The notes: generated by a model not told the origin, from the letters alone. 64,000 nucleotides of DNA from Takakia lepidozioides (GCA_030704615.1 CM060734.1:10292001-10356000), one strand, 5' to 3'. Positions 35,595 through 49,331 are shown, counted from the stretch's first letter. A program made the numbers and translations.

Positions 35595-38500
35595 TGTTGT
35601 GCACCTCACTTCGGTAAGCTCCCCTTCAAGTCATAGTTACTCGCTTTGATGCGCGTGCCTAACTCCCAACTTGGCCGCCGGGCCAATTCGGAGCTTCGGC
35701 TGCTCATCGGGACATAACGGTCCCCCTTTACTCTTCCAAGGAACCCTCCACCAATTTGGGCCTAGTGGAAATTCCCCTTGGTAGATGGCAGTCCGGAATA
35801 GCTCCCCACTCCTTGGTCGCTTTCCGGCTCGCTCGCTTTACTCACTAGTTTTGGTCACACCAACGGGCTTGCACCGTTCTCGGGGTTACTACTCCCTATA
35901 TATACTTCTGTGACTGTCCGCGAGGGTCTCACAAACAACCATGCCATTTTATGGCGAACCATCACAAAGACCCTCGATTCCCGGTGATGAGTCGCGGTGA
36001 GTCTTGGCCCACCCACCACGGCCCCATTGGACCGTGGTGAGTCCCAAGACTCCCCACGACTCCCACCACCAGGTCTCCGCCCCATGGTGAGTCCTATGCC
36101 ACCCCCACTAAGTCCCATTAAGCTACCACCACCCCTTGTGGAGCCACCCCCACTGCAACTCGGTGTGCGGGGCTCCACCTAGTGAGCGCCTCCGCCTCCT
36201 TGAGTGCCTTGGGCACTCAAGGGTGCTTCAGCCCCCCGTACCTATTGCTGCCACCGCCCCCACCACAGGGGCAGCCCCTCTGCGTCCCGACCCCCTGCCT
36301 CAAGGCAAAGGGCCGCGACACACACCCCTACCAACAGGGAGTCGATGTCCTCATCGACTTGTCCATTTTGTAGAAACGAACATCCAAGTTGTGGCGTCCC
36401 ACATCACTAGATAACCTTGAACCAACCGTGCGCCCCAATCACTACAATTGGGTCCGCCTTGGAATGCTGGCCTGAGGTACGGGAACACGCCGAAGCCGCA
36501 CTATGACTTCGTCCCGAGGCTACACGATTATAGTACGTGAACGGAAGCACGTAGCTTCCGCGTTAGCCCGCACTACAAGCAACCCCTCGGTAGCGCAGTT
36601 ATAGTACGCGCACGCGCCAGGTGCGCACTAGCATGTGAACTCCCAAAGAAGGCGCAAGTTTCCTTGCCCCTTGGGTGGGAGTCACCCGATTTTGGCACTG
36701 CGCAAACACACGATTAACCCAATTTACCTCTCCCACTTTTGTAAGCTAGCATGCATTCTACACACTAGCCAACCATACCATGCATCACCATTCCAAACAA
36801 AATAGGACGCACAACATTTGGAAACCATTTCATTTATAACAAAATTTGTACAATACAAGTTTTTGCAATCGGATTCCTGAGCTAGCTAAGCCGGGCTAAG
36901 CATGCATTTCCTCCCCCACGCTCCAAGGTTGATGTCCCCATCAACGCTTCTTCCGCTTTTGAGGTCGCCCTTCGAAAGCTGCAACCGCCTCAGATGCGTT
37001 CCCCATTTCTGAGGCACGCACCCAAGAAGCCTCCACATGATGATAGCCCTTCCATTTCACGAGATACTCCGTTTCTCGATTCTTGAACCTCCTCAACTTA
37101 AGCACTGTCTCCCTCTCGTACTTAGGTTCATTTTCATGATCCAACAGCATAGGTGGCGGACGCAACACTTGATGCCGATTCGGGCGCGCTTCATCTTTGA
37201 AGTAAGGCTTCAAAAGGGAGATGTGGAATACCGGATGCACCTTGTTGTTTGCCGACAGCTCCAATTCATACACATCCTCATTCATAACCTTCCGGATGCA
37301 AAAGGGTCCCGCATACGGAGGTACGAACTTCGGACTCACTTCCGAAGGTAGTCAAAAATTCTTGATGTTCAACCAGATCTCCGTGCCTTAAACTTAACCT
37401 CCCTCCACTTCCGATTCACCTGCCATTCATACCATTTCCTAGCTTTGGCAATGTTGTATTTTGCGAGCTTCAACAAACGCTCGCGTTCTTCCAGCACTGC
37501 CGCTGCTGCCGGTTCCTCAATGTCTTGGGCGGCCGAATTTGTCGGCACCAGAGGTGCTTTTCCATAAACCAATACGAAGGGGGAAACTCCCATTGCGGAA
37601 TGTTTTGTGTTATTATAACAGAACTCTGCCGCATCCAAGTGCTCCACCCAGTCCGATTGGTCTGCCGACACGTAATTCCGCAAGATCTGCTTCACCATGG
37701 AATTCACCCTTTCCGTTTGGCCGTCCGTCGTAGGTCGGAAGGCGGTGTTCATCTTGAGCCTCATCCCCATCTTCTTCCAAAGTGCCCTCCAAAATTTACT
37801 CGTAAACTTTGGATCGCGGTCCGAGACAATATCCTTCGGGAGTCCATGATGCTTGAAATGTGGGCGAAGTAAAGTCGTCCCATCTCCTGTACCGTTGCCG
37901 TCTCCTTGGTGGGGATGAAATGGCCCATTTTACTGAACCTATCCACCACCACCATGATTGCATCGAATCCTTTCGACAACGGCATAGCAGTCATGAAATC
38001 CATCGAGACACTTTCCCAAGACCCCTCTGGAATCGGCAAGGGTTGTAACAGCCCCGCTTGTTTTTTGTACTCGCTCCGGTTTTGTTGGCATGTGGTGCAT
38101 GTCTTGACATACGCCTCGGCCTTCTCCCTCAGTTTGGGCCAAAAATACTCTTTCTTCAAGAGTGCCGCGGTGTGCTTGGCTCCGCCGTGGCCCGCAAGCG
38201 GACCATCATGACATTCTCTTAAGAGACTATCTCTGATCCCTCCCTTCGGCACGTAGAGACGCTTTTGCTTGTACCGGAGCAGTCCATTTTGCAAGTGGAA
38301 CTGCGATTTAACCCCCATCCTCAAGTCCCGCATCACGGACTTCGCCATCTCATCCTTCCGGTAAGCCTTCCGGATCTTCCTTTGGAGCGCCGTTTCGCCC
38401 CTGTACACCATCATGAGCTGCTGCTTTCTACTTAAAGCATCGGCCACCACATTGTCCCGTCCTGGTTTGTACTGGATATCCACGTCGAACAGTGCCAAAG

Positions 38501-41500
38501 TGTCTTGCCACCTAATTTGTTTTGGGGACAACTTAGGCTGTGTGGCAAAATACTTCACCGTGACATTGTCCGTGAACACCTTTACCGGGTTGGAACCAAT
38601 ATAGTGGCGCCAAAGCTCAAGGCAATGCACCACCGCCTTCATTTCTTTCTCGTGTGTGGGCCACCGTCACTCCACTTCATTCAGTTTCTTACTTTCGTAA
38701 GCCACTGGACGTCCATCATGCATCAGTACACCCCCAATTGCGAAGTCCGACGCATCTGTATGGATCTCAAATGGACGGTCGAACTCCGGAATTTTGAGGA
38801 CTGAAGCTTCCGCCATCCGCTGCTTCAACTCGGCAAAAGCATGGCCACAAAAGGTGTTCCCTACCCAGACTTTGGATTTACACAGGAGGTTTGACAGCCG
38901 CCCCGTGATCTTGGCGAAATTTCAAACATACTTCCAGTAATAGGAGGCGAGTCCTAGGAAGGATCGCACTCCCGGGACCGAAGTCGGAGGCTCCCAGTCC
39001 AAAATTGCCCTCACCTTTCTGTCATCCATTTTAATCCCATCCTGTGTAATCAGATGTTCCAGGAACTCCACTTTTGTGACCCCGAATTCGCACTTTGAAG
39101 CTTTGGCATACAACTTCCCTTCCCGCAATTTCTGGAACACCCTTTTTAGGTGCTCCAGGTGCTCTTCCTTTGTTTTCGAGTACACCAAGATGTCGTCGAT
39201 GTACACGATCACAAAGTCATCCAACCATTCCTAGAAAAGACTGTTCATTAGTGTGCTAAAGGTCGCGGGTGCGTTGGTGAGCCCAAAAGGCATCACCAAG
39301 AACTCATATGAACCATACCTTGTCTTGCACGCGGTCTTCTCCTCGTCTCCTTCTGCCACTCGAATTTGATGGTAGCCGGAGCGCAAATCGATCCAGCTGA
39401 AATACTTTGCTCTTGCCAATCGATCAAAGAGGTTGTCGATCCTTGGCAAAGGGTACCGGTTTTTTATAGTCACCTTATTTAGAGCCCTGTAATCGACACA
39501 CATCTGTAGCGCCATATCATTCTTGTCTGCGAATAGCACCGAGGCTCCGTAAGGTGACTTACTCGGCCGGATGTACCCCTTTGACATTAGATCCTTGAGC
39601 TGAGTCTTCAGCTCGACCAACTCTCTGTGGCTCAACCGGTAGGGCGCCTTGGCAGACGGCTCCAATCCCGGTATCACCTCAATCTTGTGGTCAACTCCTC
39701 TTCGCGGTGGCAAGCCCCTTGGTAAATCCTCCGGCATCACATCCTGGTATTTCTCCAAAATCGCCTTGATCCAATCTGGGCTCGGCTCCCCATTGCCTTC
39801 TCCCTTCACTTGTATTACATAAAGCAAAAACTGGGGCTCGTGTAACTCCTCCACGGCCCACTCCCTTGCTGACAGAAGGTTTATTCGCCCTCCCACGGGG
39901 TTGGGCGTTTCCGACACTCGTAAAACTTCGCCACCATTCCCACACGGTAGCGTAACTACTCTCTTGCGGCCATCTATGATCTGCTCAAAAAGGTCATCCC
40001 CAAAATGAGATCCACTCCATCGATCTCGCAAATGGTGAAGTTATCACGTCCCTCCCAACTCCCGAGCTGAAGAGGAACATCGAACGCCAATCTCGTCGCC
40101 AATTGTGGTTCTCCTTTAGCAGAATGTACCTCAATAGAGGCCCCCACATCACTTGTCGGGAGTCCCAGCTTCTGTGCCGTTGCCGGTGTCATGAAGGATT
40201 GCGACGCTCTTGTGTCCACCAACAACGACACGTTAGTTTCGGAGATTATCCCACACACAAACATTAACTGACTCCCTTTACGCAAGGCGCCAGTTTCCTG
40301 ATACAACTCACAAGAGTAGTTGCCTACCTTGCAAGTCTTGGCAACCACCGCCTCCACCAAGCGGCTGATGGAAGCTTCGGACAACTCCATGGTTGCCCGA
40401 GTCATATTCAATTGTTGGGGATTCGTACACTTCTTGGCCATGTGCCCGGACTCCCCACAATTGAAGCACACTCCATCGAAGGTCACCTTTTGTCTGCCAT
40501 AAGGCGTCGCACCTGATTTTCCTTTCAGAGCACCGGGTGTCGTGTTGGCGTGTGAAGGCCCTCCCCTCAATTTCCACGTGCCATTGTCGCCGCGTGACCT
40601 ATCCCACTTCTTTTCCGGTCGAAAGGAGTCACCCTCCCGCCGGGTCTTCTTGTGGTTCAGCTCCGTACGGCCTTGTCTTTTGCCCCTAGGGACATCCGAG
40701 AAACATTCAGCCCTCTTAATTGCCTCGTTCAAAGTCTTAGGTGGCTTCTCCTCCAATTTTCGTCTGGCCCATAGGGCCAGTCCCGCCACAAAGTTGAAGA
40801 CCATTTCTGGTTTCGTCATGTCTGCGACTTCGAGCAACAGCACATTGAAAGCCTGGACATATCCCCGAATGTCGTCTGTTTGCTTCAAATTCCTCATCTT
40901 GTCCCGGGCAAGCCAGGACGCGTTGAGGGGCACAAACTGCCTCTTCATCAATTCCTTGAACCCACTCCAGTTCAAGGTTTCCGGGCTTGGACCTCGGTCG
41001 TGAAGGAGTTTTTGCCACCATTGTTGAGCATAGCCCCTCAAATAGGTGGGAGCCACTTCCACCCGATCCTCGTCACTCAACTTGGCCGCCCGGAAGTACT
41101 GCTCTAGCTCCAAGAGCCAGGTGTTGAGTGCCTTCCGATTTTGGATGCCCTTGAAGGTGCCGGGTTCCTTAGGCTTCACCTTAAATTTTTCCTTAGTGGA
41201 AGTGCCATTAGCCGCCTTCAACACGTCTTTCAATGTCCCGCCAAACTGCGCCAACAACCCTTTCCAAAAGACTGCTGGCATGGGAGGCATGTGTTGGTCT
41301 GTCGGAGCTCTCAGAGATTCCTTGGGCTCCGACTCCTCAGATTCCTCCCGTTCTTGAGTGGCCTTATTTTCAAAAGTATGCATCGCTTCCTCAAATGGCC
41401 ACTTCGGTGACACGTCGCCCCCATCGGGCTCACCAGGATCATCATCTTTCGGGCCGTTCCGCTTTTGCTTTGGCTTGCCCGACCCCATGGTGAGGCCGAT

Positions 41501-41713
41501 CCCAAGGACGATTGCATACAGAACTCTAAGCTCTGATACCAAGTGTCGCGTACCTCACTTCGGTAAGCTCCCCTTCAAGTCATAGTTATTCGCTTTGATG
41601 CGCGCGCCTAACTCCCAATCTGGCCGTCGGGCCAACTCGGAGCTTCGGCTGCTCATCGGGACATAACGATCCCCCTTTACTCTTCCAAGGAACCCTCCAC
41701 CAATTTGGGCCTA
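35595..41713 (-). mobile_element. Chromovirus copy C (older; 5' LTR broken at 41713; ~290-bp deletion in the 3' UTR)
   Basis: 3' LTR 35595-36320; disrupted gag-pol 36941-41488; PBS 41530-41541; partial 5' LTR 41544-41713. Confidence 0.95.
36941..41488 (-). pseudogene. Copy C gag-pol, multiple stops and frameshifts
   Basis: Colinear with copy A; protease DTG mutated to DTR; YIDD retained. Confidence 0.95.
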
Positions 41714-42127
41714 ATCTGCAGAGGGAACATGCATTCTGTCTTGGATGACAGTTAGTTAGTTAGGCGGTTAGAACAGCTTGCAGGTAGAATAGGCAGAGTA
41801 GCGACATGGAGGGGGTCACTTCTTGGAGATCAAATTCGACGAGATGATGGTGGATTCATGCAAGCTGTAGAGATGCACTCTAGAGCAGATTAGAGACACC
41901 ATGGCTTCGGCCTGATACTTGATAGATATTAATCTGATACATATTTCATACTCACACTGTGTAGAGAGACCTGAGGGAAGCTGTGGAATGAATGCTTGGG
42001 TAGATGGAACATGGAAGATTGCAGAAGCAATCTGATACTTAATCATAGACAGTAAGATAACTTGCTAACATGAATGCGAGAAGGAATACAAATAGGAAGC
42101 ACCCCCATGATACACTAGTTATAGGTC

Positions 42128-44770
42128 ATGACTGATTGTTCTGAGCAAGCTGAGTGCTTAGAGATTTCCAACTCTTCTATCTTGGAGTTTCCACCTCGGA
42201 TAGCTAAGGGATGGGTGAGTAAAAGCCGCTCGACAATGAACCACACAATGAGCTCTATTTCGCATTTGCTGAGGAATGGGGCTCCGCCAAAAATACCATT
42301 ATGCAGGATGAAGCCCCTCCCGGCTGTGCAGATGGCTGAGCGCCCTGGCATCAACAAGCTGAAGTTGTATTTTGAGGCGGACAGGTATAACGATGCTCTT
42401 GCATCACTTTTGCTTTCTACCAATGACGACGGTGGACAGAGCCAAGAAATCCAACAGGCAAATCGGGATGCATGGTCTCTACATTGGCAGGCAGCGGATG
42501 CGGCATTTGAGGAAGATATAAAGAACACGGAGTGGGAATTTCTCTCTAACAAATGGCTGCACGTCTACGACGGGAATCACAGGTGGTACGCCTGGATGGA
42601 GGTCATATCCGAGCAGCATCCAGACGAAGCGAGCTGGCACTACCGGGTGAACGCAAAGATTATGGATGTGAAGAGTTCGGATTTGGGGCTCATACGACGT
42701 GCAATGAATTGTATGAATGTGTGAGTTTCTATCCCCATTTCTGCTCACATGAGCATGGGTGTCATGTGAGCATAAGAGCTTAGCATTTTGGGGATCTCCA
42801 TTAGAAAGGGTTGTAGGTCAAGCATAAGCAGTCGTTGTGGGTGACTGAGGCAGTGGGTGTAATTTAGCAAGTTGCAGCGGTGTAGCTTCATTGACTGATT
42901 TTTGGATGTGATCGTCTTCCCTAGCAGTTATAGTCGGAGTCGACTATAACTGCGGGGGTTGACTTCTTCCGAACCTCCACTACATTCCAATTTATTAAGT
43001 AGAAGTGCAGGGTGAGAGGGACTCAGAAGTAGTGTCAGGTGAGAGGGAGTTGTGAGAGTGGAAGGTGACTATTCTTCTTATGAGGCCTGCCTTATTACAA
43101 CAGTTATGGTCTGCACCGACTATGGCAGTTTAGGTGCAGTGACTGTGGTACCATTCAGCCCACAATAAACCCAAAAACGATGCTAAGGTTGAAGGTAGGT
43201 AAAGATGAGACAAATTTCAATAAGGTCCATGGACACTTAAAGGCCATGTACTATGCATTTTGTAGCGTTACAGATCGCGGAAATGTGTCAAACAAACTTC
43301 CACACAAGCTATTCTACTTCCAGAAGTGCGCAACTACACCTGTTGAGGAGTATCAATCAGCTCTTCCACCGGACGTCTACGAGAAGTGCTTGAACAAGCG
43401 GGATGGGAACTGGATGACTATGCCGCGGGACGCCCTCATAGAATATATGGGTCAGGAGGGATTCCATAGAATTCAAACACCTTCTTGGATGCCCATGCCC
43501 ACCTGCCTGCCACCGCTAAGAACACCGACCTCATCTGGAAGAAACTTGCTAGCGATTTCCAGGTGCACAGGACGAAGTGGTACACCAAAATTGCCAAGTA
43601 TTCTTCCATTTGCGATCTTGCTCTGGGAACTGGCTTTCTTTTTTAGATAACCACGCATTACCACTTGCCGTGAATCAGAAGCCGGAAATGACTCTAGAGA
43701 AGTTACAGATGTTGGCCACGAGTGAGATCAGCCCTGCAGAGAAGGTTTCATGATTAAAGCTGTGGAATTCTGACTCCACAACCCGCAAAAAAGGGAAATT
43801 TCCCCATGCTCCCACAGATGTGGTGTTTGGCTTGTGGTGTGACAAAATGACATGGTGGTTCCAGGTAAGAACCATCCAATATTCGCGGTGGCTTCATGTT
43901 TGAGTTATTGTTGCAACCCTGCATTCTAAAAATTGTCGTGGACTCGCAGCAAAAAAAGGAAGCAGAGCGGCAGTTGGCCATGCTGGTTCAGAAAGAGTTC
44001 CTGCAGCTCCCAACCCCAGAAGAGGCCCCACGCTCCATCAAGTACTGGAAGGAGTTGTTTTGGTGCGAGATGAAGGATGGGCCTGGCCGAAGTTGGCCGA
44101 TTACCGAGCAGCCTGGTGGATCTTTACCAGCTCGGAGGCTCGTATATAGGTACATTATTATCATTGCAATTCCATGCATGCTTGGCATATGTCATACAGC
44201 AAATGGCGCACAGATACGTAGCGGGCATACTCATATCTGTAGCAAATGCACGTTATAGTCGGCAGACATTATAATAGTCGGCAGACTTGGTCTTTAGACA
44301 AATGGTCGGCGCCGACTACTGGGCTCAGACATGGTAGTCATAGTCGGCAACGACTATAGGGTGGGGCTGGGGTAGCCATGCATTATAGTCGGCAACGACT
44401 TTCGGAAAGGGCCCCGTTGGCAGCCAGGCGAACCCACAGTTAGGAGTCGTAGTCGGCACCGATTATGACACAGGCTTTGGCCCATTGGGTGTCATAGTCG
44501 CTGTCGACTATTGCATATGGGCAGGGACTACGGCCCGGGCATTTGAAAGTTTATTCTATGTCATTGCCATCAGGCTAAATGTCCATCCTGATTTCAAGTT
44601 TTGGTGCACTGGTACAAGTACATAAATTTTTATTTGCTCGCCAACAAGCATATCAGGTGTATGCCAGCCAGTGTCACACAGTGGGCCAACCTCCGGTTCG
44701 ACTGCACAATGTACAACGGCAGGCAGTTAGGCGAGTACGTGAAAGTCACACATCTGCCCTGCTTATGGTG
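42128..44770 (+). pseudogene. Multi-exon gene for a ParB/sulfiredoxin-like domain protein (VYDGNHRWYAW), probably transposon-borne, degenerate after exon 1
   Basis: 198-codon exon 1; GT-AG intron 42721-43265 splices in frame (GT|C GTT ACA GAT); exon 2 has frameshifts and stops to ~44149; further coding-like sequence to ~44770. Confidence 0.6.
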
Positions 44771-44921
44771 GCTCCACCTAGTGAGCGCCTCCGCCTCCTT
44801 GAGTGCCTTGGGCACTCAAGGGTGCTTCAGCCCCCCGTACCTATCGCTGCCACTGCCCCCACCACAAGGGCAGCCCCTCATGTGTCCCGACCCCCTGCCC
44901 TCAAGGCAAAGGGCCGCGACA
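44771..44921 (-). repeat. Terminal 150-bp fragment of the chromovirus LTR
   Basis: GCTCCACCTAGTGAGC...GGGCCGCGACA matches the family LTR end. Confidence 0.95.
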
Positions 44922-45329
44922 GGCCGGCACCTGTCCGTCACATTTCAACCCCCGGACGGAAATTCGGCACCGAATATCCAGTAGGGGACGCCAGGACGAA
45001 GTCGCCTCGGGCGGAGAGGCCGGCACCTGTCAACGATGGTTGACCAGCGCGAACTCACCACCAAATAGTCTCCAGAATGACTTCTAATGCAAGCCTGGTA
45101 GCCAAAAGGTTAATTTAAAAAAAAAAATTGCTTATAGGGTTGCGCATGAGAGGGTTGGGACTTAGTTTTTCTTTTTCTTTTTCTCCTGTGCGGTTTCTTA
45201 GTATTGAGCTGTTGTGTTGGGTCATGGAACGCAATGATCGCTGGATAGGGGCGTGGGATGGAGGCTTTGCAGACCTATTCTTGAGTTACTGATGCAGGAA
45301 GGGGCGAAGCGCAACCTGCACCGTAACCG

Positions 45330-48300
45330 CAATGGGCTCTTGGCTCCTGTTAGTACCATGATTTGGTATTCTTCCTGATGTTTACAAGGATATTGGGAGA
45401 GACAGCTTGGTCTTAGCTGTCCGTGTTTCAATCGATGCCCGCTCAGCTGCACCGTGGTGGTTCTCACAGACCAATACGACATTACCTGACTACAGACAGA
45501 AGCAACACACACAAGAGGTCCTATTGTGTTCATGGTCAGTCAAATCCTCCATGGGTCATGACACAAGGTCGAGGACAATGTGGTGAGGGCACCTTCTTCT
45601 TCGACCTATTTCAGCCTGTTTTGACCTCTCATCAGACTCGGCCCTGAATTTCTTCATGATGGTGGGACAACCGCAATCACAAGGTGTGGATTTTTCTTAA
45701 TGTACCATGTAAAGTTTTAAGTTAGTCCATCCTGCAAATGTGGGCTCTTGGCTCTTGTTATGATTTGGTATTCTTCCTAATGTTTACAAGGTTCTGGTTC
45801 TTGGGAGAGTCAGCTTGGTCTTAGCAAGCTACGTTTCAATCTCTGCCAGTTCAGTTGTGGAAATCGCAGCAGCGGCACAATTGATAAAATCTGGCACTGC
45901 TACTCAAGGCACCTTCTTCAACACATTTCACCCTGTTTTCTCCTCTTATCAGAATCGGCCCTAAATTGGTGAGGGCACCTTTTCTTCAACATGTTTCAGT
46001 CTGTTTTTCCCTCTCATCATTTGGGTTGGGGTGTTTGCTGGAAGAGGGCCGGATTTCAAGCACAAGATTACCTATGATTCCCTGTGGATCCATTGCTACA
46101 AGAAACCTGCATGGGTAGATGGTGAACTGGAAGCCGCAGCAGCAGCGGCACAATTGATAAATTAGGCACTGCTAATGAAGGCAACCTTCTTCAACACATT
46201 TCACCCTATTTTCCCCTCTTATCAAAATCGGCCCTAAATTTTCAGGTTGAATTTCTGTAAGTTACTGGTTGAGTGAACCTTTGATAGTTTGCAGTGTGTG
46301 CAAGCCTGGCAGCTCTGGAGAAGGGCAAAGAGGTCCATGGCAACATTGTCAGAGCTGCAATTATACCACATGTCATTCTTAACAATACCCTCGTGGACAT
46401 GTATGAAGGGAGTGTTTGACAGTATGCCTGAACAAGATGTGGGTGTCGGTGCGATGATTGCAGGATATGCATAGTTACGGCGTGGATGGAGGGTTTTGAG
46501 AACTATGACTAAATGATGTGCGAAAGGGAGAAACCCAACCACTTTACATTTGTTTGTGTTTGCAATGTGTGTGTAAGCCTGGGAGCTCTAGGAAATGGGA
46601 AAGAGGTTCATTGGTGACATCATCAAAGCTGAATTTGTACCAGATGTCATTATGAACACTGCCCTGGTGGACATGTATGCCAAATGTGGGTGCAGCAAGC
46701 CTGATGCAAAGGGGGAGTTCGACAATATGGCTGAACAAGATGTGGTGTTTTGGAATGCCATGATTGCAAGGTATGTGCAGCATGGGTATGGGATTAAGGC
46801 TTTGGAAACCTAAGAGCAAATGATGTGGGAAGGGATGAAGGCAGACCGGGTCATGTTCATTTGTGTTTATAATATGCATATGCGAGCTTAGCAGCCCTAG
46901 GAATGGTCAAAGAGGTTCATGGTGACATTATCAAAGTTGGAATTGTACCAAATGTCATTATGAACATTCCCCTGGTCTATGCTCACCAAGTGTTCAATAG
47001 AATCCCTCAACGATCTTTGATCATGTGGAATATAATGTTGGCAGGATTTACCAAGCATGGGTTGGTAGGAATGCTTTGGAGACCTATGAGCAAATGTTGC
47101 GCGAAGGGTTGAAGCCCAACCACATCACATTTGTTTGTGTTTGCAATGCGTGTGCAAGCCTGGGAGCGTTCTGTTGTAGTGAATACTTTTCTGACCCCAG
47201 TCAACGGTGGGACAATCAAGGCAAAAAGGTGAATTCCTGTTGGATTACAGAGAGTAGAAGATGCAATTGAGCATAGGAACTAGTGTGATAAGTTGAGTTG
47301 GGTGTTTCCTAGAACAATTCGAGGCTTTCATTATCAGCTACTTGGAGCAAGGCAAGGGTAAATGCATGATTTTGGCAGAGGCATGGATAGCTGAAGGAGC
47401 AGGGATAGAGTGTGGGTCCAGATTCATCGAAGAGGGCCGGACTTCAAGCTCCTATGATTCCCTGTGGATCAATAGGTACTAGCAACCTGCATGGATAGAT
47501 GGTCAATTGGAAGCTGCAGCAGTAACGGTGGAATTGATAAATCAGGCACTACTAATGAAGGCACCTTCTTCAACACATTTCACCCTATTTTTCCTTCTTA
47601 TCAGAATTGACCCTAAGTTTCCATGTTGAATTCTGCATGCTAGCTGGTTGAGTGAACCTTTGATAGTTTGGAGTGACTTGACATGATACTGCCAATGTGA
47701 CAACAGGAAAGCATCCAGAAACAGGTAACAGAGATGAGGAGAAGCTGTGGAATGAATACTTTTCTTACCCAGTCAATGGTGGGACAATCCAGGCAAGAAG
47801 GTGAATGTTTGTCTGATTATAGAGAGTAACAGATGCAATTGAGCATAAGAACTAGTGTGATAAGTTGAGTTGGGTGTTTGCTAGAATAAATCTAGGCTGT
47901 CATCGTCAGCTGCTAGCAGCAAGGCAAGGATGTATGCATGATTTATGCATAGGCATGGATAGCTGAAGGAGCAGGGATAGAGTGTGGGTCCAGATTCATC
48001 CAAGAGGGCCAGAAAGAGGTCCATGGTGACATCGTCAAAGCTGGAATTGTACCGGATGTCATTCTGAACACTATCCTGGTGACATGTATGCCAAATGTGG
48101 GTGCATTAAGGATGCGAAGGGAGTTTTCAACACTATGGCTGAACGAGATGTGGTGTCATGGAACACGATGCTTGCAGGGTATGCACAGCAGGCCGGACGT
48201 GGTATGGAGGCTTTGGAGACCTATGATCAAATGATGGGGGAAGGGGTGAAGCCTGACCACATCACATTTTTGTGCATCTGCGATGCATGTGCAAGCCTGA

Positions 48301-48412
48301 CAGCTCTGGAAAGGGCACAGAAGTCCATGGCAACATTGTCAGAGCTAGAATTTTACCAAATGTCATTCTGAACAATACCCTTGTGGACATGTACATGCAA
48401 AATGTGGGTGCA
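45330..48412 (+). pseudogene. Mosaic array of PLS-class PPR fragments (46290-47170, 48010-48412) interleaved with duplicated non-coding blocks
   Basis: Repeated EVHGDI..PDVIMNTALVDMYAKCG..FDNMAEQDVVFWNAMI..GY..HG..ALET..KPNHITFVCV units. Duplicated blocks: 45330-45650/45740-46020, 46040-46290/47425-47670 and 47175-47440/47750-48010. Confidence 0.85.
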
Positions 48413-48819
48413 CCCTATCCTGCTGATTTGTTGTTATGCTGGAACAGTAGCAAACGTAGAAAGGCATACGCATTTTACATCTGTTGCTATCTTCAGTGCA
48501 TATGTAGTGTCCTTTGCACTTTGTCATACTATTGTTTGAGGAGCAGATTTTGGGACTCAGGTGCTATATTGTAAATTTGACTAGCAGCAGTTTAAGAGAA
48601 GCTCTTACATCTACTGCTGTCTTTATGTTCTTTCCTGTGATTCTTGCCTGTGAATAAAACATTCATTTGCAGAGTCATTTTTTGTGTCTTTGTTCTTCCC
48701 CTTGTTCTTCTCTTTGTTTAGTATTGAATAATACTAACCCTAATCTCTACTAACCCTAATGAGATAAGCATAGTCGTGGCTTTGCCTGTCCAATACATTT
48801 AAAAGTTCAAAACAACCCC

Positions 48820-49331
48820 TCATATGACACCACGTGTCCATATATCAGCATGTCATAGTCAGGATCATGACTGCAAGACCTCCTCAATACATGCCACGTG
48901 TCCACATATCAGGATGTTTGTAATCATGACAATGACTGCAAGACCTCCTCATTATATGCCACGTATCCATATATTAGCATGGTTGTAGTCAGGATAATGA
49001 TTGCAGATCCTCCTCATGGATATGCCATGTGGCAGTTTTGGGAGACGCCATATGGCACACATCCACAAAACCTCCTTGACTTATTAGAAAGAGACACGTG
49101 TACAGTTTGCAGTAGCACACTAAGTCATGTATGGTAGAAGTACGTATGACTGCCACATGACAGTGAGATATATCACTTGGTTCATCTGACTGCAGTCATC
49201 CATGACCGACCATACTGTACTCATTGTATTGACTTGGTTTGCACAACTTAAAGTCATAGAAGTCATATGTACCGTTTATGACTACGGGATAGTCATGTAT
49301 ACAATCATATATACCGCGATCTGTTGTAGTG
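48820..49331. mobile_element. One end of a CACTA (En/Spm) element with subterminal repeats
   Basis: Ends CTGTTGTAGTG (reverse complement CACTACAACAG) at 49331; dense GTCAT/ATGAC motifs; ~65-bp tandem repeat x3 at 48830-49030. No partner TIR seen. Confidence 0.65.

Noticed and set aside
44922-45113. piggyBac-like end (CCAAAAGG-TTAA)
   Set aside because: A single short motif with no second TIR or transposase.
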